Of a stretch of 33,408 bases of DNA, positions 1-11,133 are shown piece after piece. The notes beneath the pieces were generated by a model that saw only the letters and a list, made by a program, of their open reading frames with translations, was not told where the DNA came from and did not search any database. Location of the stretch: assembly GCA_964424195.1 (NCBI GenBank), contig CAYRHT010000006.1:1-33408 (forward strand), written 5' to 3'. The stretch is from an uncultured Gammaproteobacteria bacterium (lineage in GTDB: Bacteria > Patescibacteriota > Patescibacteriia > UBA1558 > S5-K13). The translations under genes were made by a program, and so were the position numbers. Position 1 is the first letter of the stretch; every line of letters begins with the position of its first letter.

Positions 1-1
1 T

Positions 2-265
2 CTCCTAGGTTTTCTTCTAGGTTTTGGAGCTTTATTCGGAGATATACTTGAAAGCTTTTTTAAAAGAAGATTTAATATTAAATCTGGTAAACCATGGATT
101 CCTTTTGACCAAATAGATTGGATAATTGGAGCTATATTATTAAGTAGCTTATATCTTAATCTATCCTTAAGAATAAATATATTATCAATTATCTTCCTAG
201 GATTATTTCATCCTTTAGTAAATATTATTTCCTACGAGCTAAAGCTTCGAGACGATAAGATATGA
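2..265 (+). CDS. 3' end of CDP-archaeol synthase-like (CarS/DUF46) membrane protein, 5'-truncated by window edge
   Basis: Frame starting at nt 2 reads LLGFLLGFGALFGDILESFFKRRFNIKSGKPWIPFDQIDWIIGA...KLRDDKI, ending TGA at 263-265. GDxxxSFxKRR...DQxD is the CarS-type signature and the CdsA HGG motif is absent. Not in the ORF track. Confidence 0.75.
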   Translation, partial: LLGFLLGFGALFGDILESFFKRRFNIKSGKPWIPFDQIDWIIGAILLSSLYLNLSLRINILSIIFLGLFHPLVNIISYELKLRDDKI

Positions 266-271
266 TACTCA

Positions 272-300
272 TTGATAAAGTCAATAAGTAATGATATTAT
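272..300 (+). promoter_or_regulatory. sigma70-type promoter for the R-M operon
   Basis: TTGATA (272-277), 17 bp, TATTAT (295-300) with TGn extension. An inverted repeat ATTGA-N5-TCAAT (271-285) overlaps the -35. Confidence 0.45.
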
Positions 301-325
301 TCAATTAGAATCTTAATCAAAAACA

Positions 326-1372
326 ATGCCCATCAAAGATCAAAATAAAAAAAATATAAAAATCAAAGAGCTAGGTCAATATAATACAAAACTCTCAATT
401 ATTGATTTTATAATAAAACAACCTTTTTTCCCTAAAAATAAGAAAATTAGCATCCTTGAACCCTCAAGTGGGAGTGGAAATTTCTTAGAAAAACTAAAAG
501 AAAAAGGTTATTCAAACATCTCTGCTTACGAAATAGATAAAAAATATATAAAAACAGGGGCAATTATTAAAGACTTTTTAAAATTTAAAATTAACAAAAA
601 ATTTGATTTAATAATTGGAAATCCTCCATTTACATCCACTAAAACAACAAAAAGTTACTATGAAAATTCAGAAACAGAATTTAAAACAAGGTTTATAGAA
701 ATGCTATTTTTGGAAAAAAGTTTAAAGTTACTAAAAAATAATGGAAAAATTATTTTTATTTTTCCGAACCGATTATTTTTAGACAAAAAGTTTAACAGAA
801 TACTAAAAATAATTTATAATAAAGGATTTTATATTAATAGAATTGTCGAACTACCTTTAAATATCTTTACGAACACCTCGAGTACTTCCAGTGTTTTAAT
901 AGTATTATCAAAAATAAGAAGCGGAATTTATGTTAATGGACATTCTGTTCCGATAAAGCAATTTTTAGAAGATAGCAATTTTTTACTTTATAAAGATAAA
1001 GACAAATACATTGATAAACATGCCATCTCTCTTGGCGATTTAATGAAAAAAATACCTCCACCAAAAGAATCTCAAAATAAAATAAAAGTTACAGCAGGAA
1101 ATTTAAAAATTATAAAAAACAAAAACAACACCTATTTAGCTGTTGTCCGTAATGGTAATTCAAGTGTAGGAAGATTTAGTCTATTTGACCCTAAAAAATA
1201 TTACTTCAACGAATGTTTTTATTTTTTTGAAATCAAAAATGGTTATGCAAAAGAAATACTACCTTTAATGAAAAGTGATTTTTATAAAGATTATATACAA
1301 TTAATTAGCAAGCGAACTGGCTCTAAATCTATTAGTAGCAAAGACTTATTAAAATTAATAGTAAAAAAATGA
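326..1372 (+). CDS. Amino (likely N6-adenine) DNA methyltransferase, gamma class, Type II R-M
   Basis: Motif I ILEPSSGSGNF precedes motif IV IIGNPPF. Overlaps the next gene by 4 nt (ATGA). Confidence 0.9.
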   Translation: MPIKDQNKKNIKIKELGQYNTKLSIIDFIIKQPFFPKNKKISILEPSSGSGNFLEKLKEKGYSNISAYEIDKKYIKTGAIIKDFLKFKINKKFDLIIGNPPFTSTKTTKSYYENSETEFKTRFIEMLFLEKSLKLLKNNGKIIFIFPNRLFLDKKFNRILKIIYNKGFYINRIVELPLNIFTNTSSTSSVLIVLSKIRSGIYVNGHSVPIKQFLEDSNFLLYKDKDKYIDKHAISLGDLMKKIPPPKESQNKIKVTAGNLKIIKNKNNTYLAVVRNGNSSVGRFSLFDPKKYYFNECFYFFEIKNGYAKEILPLMKSDFYKDYIQLISKRTGSKSISSKDLLKLIVKK

Positions 1373-1986
1373 AAAGAACTGAACGACAAGCACATGGTTT
1401 TATTTTTCAAGATTGGGTTGTTGGAAGATTTCTAGATATGGCTTATACTGCAGAATGGGACATTCCAAAAAAAATTAATACTTTCTCTCACAAAAATATA
1501 AGCATTAAAACCGCAAAATGGAAAAATAGTGTTGGGCTTGGAGATGCATTAAAACAATTTAGGATAAATGAAAAATTTCAAATATTAATTGCATTTTACA
1601 AGATTGAAAAAGGGAAAAAGAAAATTATTAATATGCAGCTGATAGAAATTAGTAGAAAAAAGTGGAGAGAATTATGGGGTAATATGACAGAATACAAACT
1701 TGAAAAACTATTGTCTTTAATTAAAAGTAGTGAAGGTAAAAAATTAAGAGGAAAAAAGTTAAATGAGTTTAGGAAAAAAGTTAAACAAGAAAAAGAGGAT
1801 ATAATAAATGACTATACCGGAAGAATTAGATTACATCCAAAAATAGATAGTAAAACACAAAGAAGATTACAATGTAGCCTACCCTTTGGCGTCTTATTTG
1901 AAGAATTTAAATTAGATAAAAGAATTATGAAAAAATTTAATCTTTGGGAAAAAGAAATAATTCTAAACAAAATAAAATTGAATTGA
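1369..1986 (+). CDS. Putative Type II restriction endonuclease (PD-(D/E)xK-like)
   Basis: Coupled to the MTase. Highly basic, with WDIP...ISIKTAK resembling a PD...(D/E/S)xK core. No named family recognised. Confidence 0.6.
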   Translation: MKRTERQAHGFIFQDWVVGRFLDMAYTAEWDIPKKINTFSHKNISIKTAKWKNSVGLGDALKQFRINEKFQILIAFYKIEKGKKKIINMQLIEISRKKWRELWGNMTEYKLEKLLSLIKSSEGKKLRGKKLNEFRKKVKQEKEDIINDYTGRIRLHPKIDSKTQRRLQCSLPFGVLFEEFKLDKRIMKKFNLWEKEIILNKIKLN

Positions 1987-2010
1987 ATTGATTCTTATAT
2001 TATAAATATC

Positions 2011-2042
2011 AAAAAATCCTCTCAGTAATGAGAGGATTTTTT
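2011..2042. terminator. Bidirectional intrinsic terminator between the R-M operon and rpoC
   Basis: AAAAAATCCTCTCA-GTAA-TGAGAGGATTTTTT, a perfect 14-bp stem between convergent genes. Confidence 0.9.
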
Positions 2043-2058
2043 ATTTGAAATAAATAAC

Positions 2059-5000
2059 TTATTTTTTATTAGTTTTCTTTTCTACTTTCTTCTCTACTTT
2101 TTTAACAATCTTCTGTTTTCCCGTTTTTGGATCTATTCCAAAACCAGTACCAGCTGGAATTAATCGACCAATAATAACGTTCTCTTTCAGACCTCTTAAG
2201 TGATCAACTTGTCCAGAGATTGAAGCATTAATTAATACTCGAGCTGTTTCTTGGAATGAAGCTGCTGACAAGAAAGAATCAGTAGTTAGAGAAGCTTTGG
2301 TCATTCCTAAGAGCAAGATTGAACCCTTAGCTTCTTTCTTAGATTTCTCTTTCAAAGTAATATTAGCTTTCACAAATTGATTTCTAGTAATTATAGCGCC
2401 AGGGATAAATTCACTATCCCCTGGATCTTCAACATATACTCGAGAGAATAATTGTTTACATACTAATTCAATATGCTTATCATTTAATCTTTGTCCCTGA
2501 CTAGAATAGATATATTGGATTTCTTTAATAATATACTTTTGAACAACATCTTGTCCTTTAAGGGTATAAAGTTTTTTAAGATTAACACTTCCTTCAGTAA
2601 GTTGAGTACCAGCATCAACTAAATCATTATTCTTTACCCATAAATTAATATCATCTGGAACAATATATTCACCAACAATTGGTTTTTGAGCAATAATCTC
2701 AATTTTAGTTTTAGTTAAATGCACCATACCAGCATTAATTGATTTAATTTTTCTTCCATCAAGCTTAAATAATTCTTGTTTTTTCTTAATCTCTTCTTTG
2801 TCTTTAATTGCAATTTCTGCTTTTTCTGGAATATCATATCTTTCTAAAACATTTTCATTAGAGAAAACTTGAATTAGCTTTGATTTCTTTTTACCTTCAT
2901 CTTCTACATCAGAAATTTTAACCTTACCTGATAATTCACTAATCACAGCTTGCATCTTTGGATTTCTAACTTCTAAAATTTCTTCAACTCGAGGAAGACC
3001 TTGAGTAATATCACCACCAGCAATACCACCAGTATGAAAGGTTCTCATAGTTAATTGAGTTCCAGGTTCACCAATACTTTGAGCAGCAATAATACCTACT
3101 GCCGTTCCCATAGTAACTAGCTTATTATGTCCTAAGTCATAACCATAACATTTTTGACAAACACCATTCTTAGCTTTACAAGTTAACAAAGATCTAATAT
3201 GTACTTCTGCTACTTCTAATTCATCGATTAAAGCTGCTGCTTTCTTATCAACTAAAGTATCTTTCTTAACAATTGTTTTACCACTCTTAGGTTCTTTAAC
3301 TTCTTTAATTACAAATCTACCTAAAACTCTAGGTCCTAATTTCTTTCCCATATTTTCTGATTCTTCTTTAGTAATTACTTTACCCTCTTTATCTTTACAA
3401 TCTTCAGAAAGAATTAAAATATCTTGGCAAACATCAATTAGTCTTCTAGTTAGATAACCAGCACTAGCTGTTCTCAAAGCTGTATCAGATAGACCTTTAC
3501 GAGTACCATGAGTAGAGATAAAGTATTCTAGAACATCTAGTCCTTCATTAAAGTTAGCTTTAATAGGCAATTCAATAATTTCACCAGCTGGATTAATCAC
3601 TAATCCCTTCATACCCATAATCTGAGTCATTTGACTCCAAGAACCTCTTGATCCTGAATTAATCATAGAATAAATAGAGTTGTTCTTTGGAAAGACTCCT
3701 TTAGATTTTTCAGTAACTTTATTCTTAACACCTGTCCAAATCTCAACAACTTTTACATATCTTTCTTTGTTAGTTAAGAAACCATCTTCATACAAATCTT
3801 GAATTTTCATTACTTCTTTATTCGCTTTATCAATCAATTCTGGCTTATCTGATAATTCTGGAAGATCTGACATGCTCCATGATAGTCCTGATTTAGTAAT
3901 AAACTTCAAAGATAATTTCTTTAATCTATCTAAAAATTCAATTGTTTTTTCGTCACCATAGATATCTAATACTTTAGCTACGGCATCTTTAATAGATCCA
4001 GAATCCATTTCTTCATTTAAGTATCTTAACTTCTCTGGTAAAATTCTATTAAAAATTGCTCGACCTACAGTAGTAGTAACAATCTTATCCCCTATTTTTA
4101 TTCTAATTAGTTCTTGTAATCCAATACCTTGTAAATCATAGGCTGCTAAAGCTGCTGTTCGATTAGCAAAAAGTCTCATCTTTTTTTCATCAACATCATC
4201 ATCAACAACAGCAGTTAAATAGTTAGCACCCCAGACCATGTCTTGAGTTGGAACAACTATTGGATCACCAGTAGCTGGTTTTAACAAATTTTTAGAAGAT
4301 AGCATAAGTTCTCCTGCTTCTTTTTTAGATGCTTCAGTTAAAGGAACATGAACCGCCATTTGATCTCCATCAAAATCAGCATTAAAAGCAGCACAAACCA
4401 TTGGATGAATTTGAATAGCCTTACCTTCAATTAGTTTTGGTTTAAAAGCTTGAATACCTAATCTATGAAGAGTTGGAGCTCTATTTAATAATACATAAGC
4501 GTCTTTAGTAATTTCTTCTAAAATATCCCAAACATCATCTCCACCTAAATCAATATATCTTTTAGCACTTCGAACATTATGAACAATTTCTCTTTCAATT
4601 AATTTAGAAATTACAAATGGTTTAAACAATTCTAGAGCCATAGTCTTTGGAATACCACATTCATGAAGTTTAAGTTGAGGTCCAACCACAATTACTGAAC
4701 GACCAGAATAGTCTACTCGTTTACCAAGTAAGTTTCTTCTAAATCTTCCTTGTTTTCCTTTTAACATATCAGCTAAACTCTTCAACATTCTCTTTTGTCC
4801 TGTTGAAGCTGTAACTGTTTTACCATGTCGAGCATTATTATCAATTAAAGCATCGACTGCTTCTTGAAGCATTCGTTTTTCATTTCTTAGAATAACTTCT
4901 GGAGCATTAAGGTCTTTTAATCTCTTTAATCTATTATTTCTATTAATAACTCTTCGGTAAAGATCATTTAAATCAGAAGTAGCAAAACGACCACCATCTA

Positions 5001-6018
5001 ATTGCACCATTGGTCTTAGATCTGGAGGAATAACAGGAATAGCTGTTAAAACCATACATTCTGGTCGAATACCATTTTTTATAAAATTCTGAGCTAATCT
5101 AGCTCTTCTAATAATCTTCTTAACTTTAGAGGCTGGAGCTGTTTTCACTTGTTCATTTAATTCTTTAACTAGCTCTTCTAACTTAATCTTCTCTAAAAAT
5201 GTTCTAATTGCTTCTGCTCCGATATCAGCACTAAAGATGTGTCCATACTTCAAAGAGAGTTCTTTGTAATCACTTTCAGAAATAATTTGAAAAGGTTTAA
5301 TTTGTTTTAATTCTTTTTTAGCTTCTTCTGCTACATTAGAAATCTTTTTAACTCTATCTTCTTTAGAATTTACTATTTCATTTTTTTCTAATTCTAATTT
5401 GGCAACTTCTTTAGCATTTTTAGCTTTTCGAGCTTCAGCAATCTTTTCATCTAGTTGACTAGCTTGTTCCTCTATTTTCTTGTCGATTCCTTTTACTTTT
5501 TGCTTTAATTCTTGTTTAATTTGAATTAAAGTTTCTGCTTTCAAATCTTCATTAACATTAGTAATAATAAAATTAGCAAAGTAAACTACTTTTTCTAACT
5601 GTTGAATAGATAAATCTAAGACAATACCAATTTTAGAAGGAACACCTCTTAAGAACCAAATATGAGAAACAGGAGCTGCTAATTCAATGTGTCCAAAACG
5701 TTCTCGTCTAACACTTTTTCTAGTAACTTCGACTCCACACTTATCACAGACAATACCTTTATATCTAATTCTTTTGTATTTACCACAATAACATTCCCAA
5801 TCTTTGGTTGGTCCAAATATTTTCTCACAGAACAAACCATCTCGCTCAGGTTTCTGAGTTCGATAGTTAATTGTTTCTGGCTTTAAGATTTCACCATGTG
5901 ACCATTCATGAATCTTTTCTGGTGAAGCTAAAGTAAGTCTAATACTATCAAAATGTGGTGTCTTATCAGCATCATTATTGAAAGTAAAACTTGTTTTAGT
6001 TGATGAAGGAGTTGGCAT
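2059..6018 (-). CDS. rpoC: RNA polymerase beta' subunit
   Basis: NADFDGD catalytic motif, N-terminal Zn-binding cysteines (CYCGKY...CDKC), trigger-loop motif QLTMRTFH. Confidence 0.99.
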   Translation of the reverse strand: MPTPSSTKTSFTFNNDADKTPHFDSIRLTLASPEKIHEWSHGEILKPETINYRTQKPERDGLFCEKIFGPTKDWECYCGKYKRIRYKGIVCDKCGVEVTRKSVRRERFGHIELAAPVSHIWFLRGVPSKIGIVLDLSIQQLEKVVYFANFIITNVNEDLKAETLIQIKQELKQKVKGIDKKIEEQASQLDEKIAEARKAKNAKEVAKLELEKNEIVNSKEDRVKKISNVAEEAKKELKQIKPFQIISESDYKELSLKYGHIFSADIGAEAIRTFLEKIKLEELVKELNEQVKTAPASKVKKIIRRARLAQNFIKNGIRPECMVLTAIPVIPPDLRPMVQLDGGRFATSDLNDLYRRVINRNNRLKRLKDLNAPEVILRNEKRMLQEAVDALIDNNARHGKTVTASTGQKRMLKSLADMLKGKQGRFRRNLLGKRVDYSGRSVIVVGPQLKLHECGIPKTMALELFKPFVISKLIEREIVHNVRSAKRYIDLGGDDVWDILEEITKDAYVLLNRAPTLHRLGIQAFKPKLIEGKAIQIHPMVCAAFNADFDGDQMAVHVPLTEASKKEAGELMLSSKNLLKPATGDPIVVPTQDMVWGANYLTAVVDDDVDEKKMRLFANRTAALAAYDLQGIGLQELIRIKIGDKIVTTTVGRAIFNRILPEKLRYLNEEMDSGSIKDAVAKVLDIYGDEKTIEFLDRLKKLSLKFITKSGLSWSMSDLPELSDKPELIDKANKEVMKIQDLYEDGFLTNKERYVKVVEIWTGVKNKVTEKSKGVFPKNNSIYSMINSGSRGSWSQMTQIMGMKGLVINPAGEIIELPIKANFNEGLDVLEYFISTHGTRKGLSDTALRTASAGYLTRRLIDVCQDILILSEDCKDKEGKVITKEESENMGKKLGPRVLGRFVIKEVKEPKSGKTIVKKDTLVDKKAAALIDELEVAEVHIRSLLTCKAKNGVCQKCYGYDLGHNKLVTMGTAVGIIAAQSIGEPGTQLTMRTFHTGGIAGGDITQGLPRVEEILEVRNPKMQAVISELSGKVKISDVEDEGKKKSKLIQVFSNENVLERYDIPEKAEIAIKDKEEIKKKQELFKLDGRKIKSINAGMVHLTKTKIEIIAQKPIVGEYIVPDDINLWVKNNDLVDAGTQLTEGSVNLKKLYTLKGQDVVQKYIIKEIQYIYSSQGQRLNDKHIELVCKQLFSRVYVEDPGDSEFIPGAIITRNQFVKANITLKEKSKKEAKGSILLLGMTKASLTTDSFLSAASFQETARVLINASISGQVDHLRGLKENVIIGRLIPAGTGFGIDPKTGKQKIVKKVEKKVEKKTNKK

Positions 6019-6060
6019 ATATTTTATATTATATTTTTAAATTATATTATTTTTTAAAGC

Positions 6061-9000
6061 TTACTTTTTTTCTTCTCTTTCAGGTTTAGCAGTTATAACA
6101 ACATCTTCAGTAACTTCATTAATAAGTGCCTTTTGTACTACCTTATTCTTTTCCATTAATTCTACATTAATACCCAAAGCTTTTAATTCGCTAGTTAAAA
6201 CATTAAAACTCTCTGGAATACTAATTCTTTCAATCTTCTCACCTTTAATAATAGCCTCGTAAGATTTACTTCGACCATTAACATCATCAGATTTAATAGT
6301 TAGAATTTCTTGTAGAATATGAGAAGCACCATAAGCTTCTAATGCCCAAACTTCCATCTCTCCGAATCTTTGTCCACCAAATTGTGCTTTACCACCTAAA
6401 GGTTGTTGAGTAATTAAAGAGTAAGGACCAATAGATCGAGAATGGATCTTGTCTTCTACTAAATGGTTTAACTTCAAAAAGTAAGTTATTCCAACAGTTG
6501 TTCGGTTATCAAATGGTTCACCGGTTTTTCCATCATAAAGTTGGAATTTACCATCTTCAGCATAACCAGCTTTCTTTAACTCTCCTTTAATTTGATCAAT
6601 ATGAACACCATTTAAAGGAGGAGTAACAACTTTGTATCCTAATTTCTTAGCAGCCATTCCTAAATGAACTTCTAAAACCTGTCCTAAGTTCATTCGAGAA
6701 ATAATACCAAGAGGATTTAAAATAATATCAACTGGAGTTCCGTCATCCATAAATGGCATGTCTTCTTCTGGAATAATTCTAGAAATAACACCTTTATTTC
6801 CATGTCTACCAGCCATCTTATCACCCACTTGAATCTTTCTTAATTGAGCAATACTAATTTGAATAACTTTAGTAACACCAGCTTGTAGTTTATCTCCTGT
6901 TTTTCTAGAGAAGAATTTAATATCAACTACCTTACCGTGTTCACCATGTTCTAAGTATAATGAAGAGTCTTTAACATCTTTAGCTTTTTCACCAAAGATA
7001 GCTCTTAATAGTTTTTCTTCTGCAGAAAGTTCAGTCTCACCTTTTGGAGTAATTTTACCAACCAAGATATCTCCTGATTTAACAGTAGCTCCAACTCTAA
7101 TAATACCTTCCGCATCTAAATCTTTTAATCTTTCTTCACCAATATTTGGAATATCTCTAGTAATAACTTCTGGCCCTAATTTTGTATCTCTTACTTCAAT
7201 AGAATAGTTTTCAATATGAATAGAAGAATAGACATCGTCTCGAACTAATCTCTTAGAGAGTAAAACAGCATCTTCAAAGTTACTACCTTCCCAAGACATA
7301 TATGCTACTAAAACATTTTTTCCTAAAGCTAATTCTCCTTTATCAACTGAAGCTCCATCAGCAATTACATCTCCTTTTTTAATTCCTTCACCTCGATCAA
7401 CAATTGGACGTTGATTCATACAAGTGGAAGCATTAGAACGAGAAAATTTTGCCAGAGTATATTTATGTTCTTTACCTTTTTTGTTTTTAATAACAATTTC
7501 ATCAGATTGAACAGAAACAACTTTTCCATCTTCCTTAGCTCTAGTAACTTGTCCACTATCTTCAGCAGCTCTTGATTCTACACCAGTTCCAATAATTGGA
7601 GACTCTGGAGAAATCAATGAAACTGACTGTCTTTGCATGTTTGATCCCATCAAAGCTCGAACTGCATCATCATGTTCTAGGAAAGGAATAATTGAAGTAG
7701 CAATACTAATAATCTGATTAGGAGCAACATCCATATAATCTATTTTTTCTACATCACCAAAAGTAGGTTGACCATGAACTCTGATTTCAGCCTGAGGATT
7801 AGCAAAACTTCCATCTTCATTAACTGGAGTAGTAGCAGCAGTAGTTACTGACTTTTCTTCTTCAAAGGCATCAAGATAAACTACTTGTTTAGAAACTACT
7901 GGAACAACTGGCACTGTTTCTAATCCTTTTAGCTTAGCTATCTTTTTAGCAATAGCTTCGGTGATAGGAGTACCTCCTTTAAAAATAACTTTTTTAGTAC
8001 TAGGATCTTTTACGCTCTCTCTTAAAACATGTCCTTTGGTTGATTTAACTTCATTTTTAACATCGTGTAAAACTTTTCTATAAGGAGTTTCTAAGAATCC
8101 ATATTCATTAATTCGAGCATAGGTAGCTAAATGTCCAACTAAACCAATATTTGGTCCTTCCGGAGTAGCAATCGGACAAATTCGACCATAATGACTTCGA
8201 TGTACATCTCTAACTTCAAAACCAGCTCTTTCTCTAGATAATCCACCAGGTCCTAAGGCTGATAATCTTCTTTTGTGTTCTAATTCAGCTAAAGGATTAG
8301 TTTGGTCCATGAATTGAGATAATTGAGAACTCATAAAAAATTCTCTAATAGTTCCAATAACTGGTTTAGAGTTAATCAATAGGTTAGGAGTTAAAGAATC
8401 AATATCAGCAGTACTCATTCTATCTCTAATAATTCTTTCCATTCTAGCTAAACCAATTCTAAATCTATTTTGAATTAACTCACCAACAGCTCTTACTCTT
8501 CTATTTCCTAAATGATCAATATCATCTGCTTTATCTTGAGTTAAGTTTAATCTAATAATTTCTTTCACAACTGAAATTAAATCTTCTTTCTTTAAAATTC
8601 GATGTTCATTTGTAATTGGATAGTTTTGAGTAAATCTCTTATTTAACTTATATCGACCAACATTACCAAAATCATATCTAGAAAAATCAAAGAACATTGA
8701 AAAAATTAAAGACTTAGCATTGTCAGCTGTTGCCATATCTCCTGGTCTTATTCTCTTATATATTTCAATTAAACCTTCAGCTTGATTTGTAGCTAAATCT
8801 TTTTCTAATGTATTTTTTATAAAGCTAACTTCAGGATGATTATCTACATCTTTAAATAGATCAATAATTTCTTCATCTGTTTCATACCCAAAAGCTCTAA
8901 GTAATGAAGTTACTGCAACCTTTCTCTTTCGATCAATATTTACATAAAGAACTTTCTTTTTAGGATCAGTTTCAACTTCTAACCAAGCACCACGATTAGG

Positions 9001-9468
9001 AATAATCTTAGCACCATAGTAACTTCGACTTAAATAAGTATCGGAAGTAAAAAAAACACCCGCACTTCTAATAAGCTGGGATACAACAACTCGCTCTACT
9101 CCATTAATAATGAAGGTTCCTTTTTCAGTCATTAAAGGAAAGTCACCAAGATAGATTTCTTGTTCTTTAGAAGCACCACTTCTTTTGTTAACTAACTTAG
9201 CATTAATTCTTAAAGGAGCTTCAAAAGTAGTATTTCTCTCTCGAGCATAAGTTTCATCAAATTTAGGATCTTCTAGATGATAATCTAGAAAATAAAGCTC
9301 TAGATCTCTGTTAGTAAAATCTTTAATTGGGGAAATTTCTTCGAATAATTCTCTTAATCCTTTGTCAAAAAACCATTTATATGATTTTTGTTGGACTTCA
9401 ATTAAGTCTGGTAAATCTATAGCGTTTCTGAAACTAGTAAAATACTTTCTAGTAGGTTTAGTAGCCAT
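6061..9468 (-). CDS. rpoB: RNA polymerase beta subunit
   Basis: [58 protein letters not shown]. Confidence 0.99.
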   Translation of the reverse strand: MATKPTRKYFTSFRNAIDLPDLIEVQQKSYKWFFDKGLRELFEEISPIKDFTNRDLELYFLDYHLEDPKFDETYARERNTTFEAPLRINAKLVNKRSGASKEQEIYLGDFPLMTEKGTFIINGVERVVVSQLIRSAGVFFTSDTYLSRSYYGAKIIPNRGAWLEVETDPKKKVLYVNIDRKRKVAVTSLLRAFGYETDEEIIDLFKDVDNHPEVSFIKNTLEKDLATNQAEGLIEIYKRIRPGDMATADNAKSLIFSMFFDFSRYDFGNVGRYKLNKRFTQNYPITNEHRILKKEDLISVVKEIIRLNLTQDKADDIDHLGNRRVRAVGELIQNRFRIGLARMERIIRDRMSTADIDSLTPNLLINSKPVIGTIREFFMSSQLSQFMDQTNPLAELEHKRRLSALGPGGLSRERAGFEVRDVHRSHYGRICPIATPEGPNIGLVGHLATYARINEYGFLETPYRKVLHDVKNEVKSTKGHVLRESVKDPSTKKVIFKGGTPITEAIAKKIAKLKGLETVPVVPVVSKQVVYLDAFEEEKSVTTAATTPVNEDGSFANPQAEIRVHGQPTFGDVEKIDYMDVAPNQIISIATSIIPFLEHDDAVRALMGSNMQRQSVSLISPESPIIGTGVESRAAEDSGQVTRAKEDGKVVSVQSDEIVIKNKKGKEHKYTLAKFSRSNASTCMNQRPIVDRGEGIKKGDVIADGASVDKGELALGKNVLVAYMSWEGSNFEDAVLLSKRLVRDDVYSSIHIENYSIEVRDTKLGPEVITRDIPNIGEERLKDLDAEGIIRVGATVKSGDILVGKITPKGETELSAEEKLLRAIFGEKAKDVKDSSLYLEHGEHGKVVDIKFFSRKTGDKLQAGVTKVIQISIAQLRKIQVGDKMAGRHGNKGVISRIIPEEDMPFMDDGTPVDIILNPLGIISRMNLGQVLEVHLGMAAKKLGYKVVTPPLNGVHIDQIKGELKKAGYAEDGKFQLYDGKTGEPFDNRTTVGITYFLKLNHLVEDKIHSRSIGPYSLITQQPLGGKAQFGGQRFGEMEVWALEAYGASHILQEILTIKSDDVNGRSKSYEAIIKGEKIERISIPESFNVLTSELKALGINVELMEKNKVVQKALINEVTEDVVITAKPEREEKK

Positions 9469-9707
9469 ATTTTTTAAAAATTATAATTAATAAATGTATG
9501 AAAAAATAATGTAAATTTACGATAAAAGCCCCTTCCCCGAATCTATTTATTTAGGTTGCTTTTTAATATTCAGTTTTGTTTTATATTGATCGTTATATTA
9601 AAGGCTTTTAGCTCTCCTTTAATACAACAAAAGAACTCTGCCTCCAAAAGGAAGAGTCTTTCAAAAAATACTATTTTATTTATATAATATTAACATTGTT
9701 ATAACAA

Positions 9708-9735
9708 AGTATATCACTTTTGTAAATGTTGTCAA
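9708..9735 (-). promoter_or_regulatory. sigma70 promoter of rpoBC, giving a ~230-nt leader
   Basis: Minus strand TTGACA (9735-9730), 16 bp, TGn-TATACT (9713-9708). Confidence 0.6.
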
Positions 9736-9779
9736 GGAATTATACCCCTCTGAGAGAATTTGTCAAATTATTTTACAAA

Positions 9780-10118
9780 TTATTCTTTAATTCCTAATTG
9801 TTCTTTAGCAATTCTTAATACACTCCTAAAATTAGCTAAGTAACCATCCATAAGTTCTTTACCAATATTTTCCACCTCTTCAACTTTATTAGGATTTTCT
9901 TCAAGAAATTTAACAATACAAGGCACCATTTGCTCTTCACGAAACTTTTTTATTTCTGCTGCCTTAAGACCTCCACTTTCAAAAATAGCATCATATTGAC
10001 CTACTAAGTTCTGAAAATCAGCACGAAACTGAGTTATAATTTCGTCTTCTACTTTTTGATCTGGCTTTTCGATAATATCCTCACTAGGCTTTTCAAAATT
10101 TTTCATACAATTTTTCAT
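9780..10118 (-). CDS. Hypothetical protein (true start possibly 10106, MKNFEKP)
   Basis: ORF track. A 12-bp tandem duplication ATTTTTCATACA (10098-10121) duplicates the start region. Confidence 0.6.
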   Translation of the reverse strand: MKNCMKNFEKPSEDIIEKPDQKVEDEIITQFRADFQNLVGQYDAIFESGGLKAAEIKKFREEQMVPCIVKFLEENPNKVEEVENIGKELMDGYLANFRSVLRIAKEQLGIKE

Positions 10119-10165
10119 ACATTTTTAATTAATAATTAATTATATAATACTAATATTAATTTATT

Positions 10166-10558
10166 CTACAAATTCTGATCAATAAAGTCTTTTAAAGTGA
10201 CTAAGTCCTTTTTATCCCTATCATAATGATAAGTGTTTATACCTACAGCTTGAGCACTTTTTACTGATTCCTTATCATTTTCAAAATAAAGTACATCTTT
10301 AGCTTCTAACCCAAAATTATTAAGCATTGTTTCATAATACTTAGGATCTATTTTATTAGGATGGTTCTTTAAGGTAAAAACTTCATATGGAGCATTCTTT
10401 AAATTAAGAATATTTGTGTCTTTATAATCAGCGTTAGTAAGAATAATCTTCTTATTAGGATACTTTTCAAGCATTTGATACATTTCCTCAAAAACCTCTC
10501 CTTCAGGAGTAATAAGAGAATATTTTGCGTCTACTAAAATTGTTTTTATATGTTTCAT
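10166..10558 (-). CDS. HAD-like hydrolase, short and degenerate
   Basis: IKTILVDAKYSL (motif I-like), LTNA, NHPNKIDPKYY, VLYFENDKESVKSAQAVGI. Confidence 0.7.
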   Translation of the reverse strand: MKHIKTILVDAKYSLITPEGEVFEEMYQMLEKYPNKKIILTNADYKDTNILNLKNAPYEVFTLKNHPNKIDPKYYETMLNNFGLEAKDVLYFENDKESVKSAQAVGINTYHYDRDKKDLVTLKDFIDQNL

Positions 10559-10559
10559 T

Positions 10560-11129
10560 TTATTTTGAAGAGTTTTTAATAAATTTTTTAAAAGTTTGAT
10601 AATATTTCTCTAATTCTTCTTTACATATATCCAGGGAAAGAACATTATACTTTTCTTCCATCTTTTTTTCTAATTGAACTAAACAATCGTCTATATTGTC
10701 AAATCTTCTACCTAATAGATTTAAATAGGCAAATACTCCCCGAGGATGGATAAAACGATAACAATCAGCATTACAACATATCTCAGCCTCTTTACAAGTA
10801 AAAGGAATTTGAGCATGGTGTGCTCCTACGCAATTTAATATTTTATCTTTTTCTTTATCGCTAATTTCAAATTCACTTAGAAATTCCCTTGTAGCATCTA
10901 CACTCATTTGAATATGTTCAGGAGCTTTACCATTTTTTATTGCTTCACCTAGTTTAACATCCATTAAATAAACACCTACTTTTACAATATTAGTATCTAC
11001 ATCAAATTTTTCAGCTAATTCTAAGGCTTTCTTTTCAGAAAGTTCAAAATGATCCATTATTGGAGTTCCAAATTTTTCTGTTTCAGAGATAGCAAATTCC
11101 CGTGCTTTTTGAACAATATTTTGATCCAT
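10560..11129 (-). CDS. HD-domain-like protein (LMD in place of LHD); likely start 11129
   Basis: DHFELS...VGVYLMDVK...VGAHH...NADCYRF follows the HD helical pattern. The ORF-track start at 11162 overlaps the upstream gene. Confidence 0.6.
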   Translation of the reverse strand: MDQNIVQKAREFAISETEKFGTPIMDHFELSEKKALELAEKFDVDTNIVKVGVYLMDVKLGEAIKNGKAPEHIQMSVDATREFLSEFEISDKEKDKILNCVGAHHAQIPFTCKEAEICCNADCYRFIHPRGVFAYLNLLGRRFDNIDDCLVQLEKKMEEKYNVLSLDICKEELEKYYQTFKKFIKNSSK

Positions 11130-11133
11130 ATAT

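Noticed and set aside
5689-5886. ORF on the + strand
   Set aside because: Antisense shadow of rpoC.
8255-8340. Intrinsic rifampicin resistance in rpoB
   Set aside because: Residues equivalent to E. coli Q513, D516, H526 and S531 are intact. Ala at the 522 position also occurs in sensitive B. subtilis.
10098-10121. 12-bp tandem duplication at a start codon as a phase-variation switch
   Set aside because: Two copies only and in frame. It adds at most four residues.
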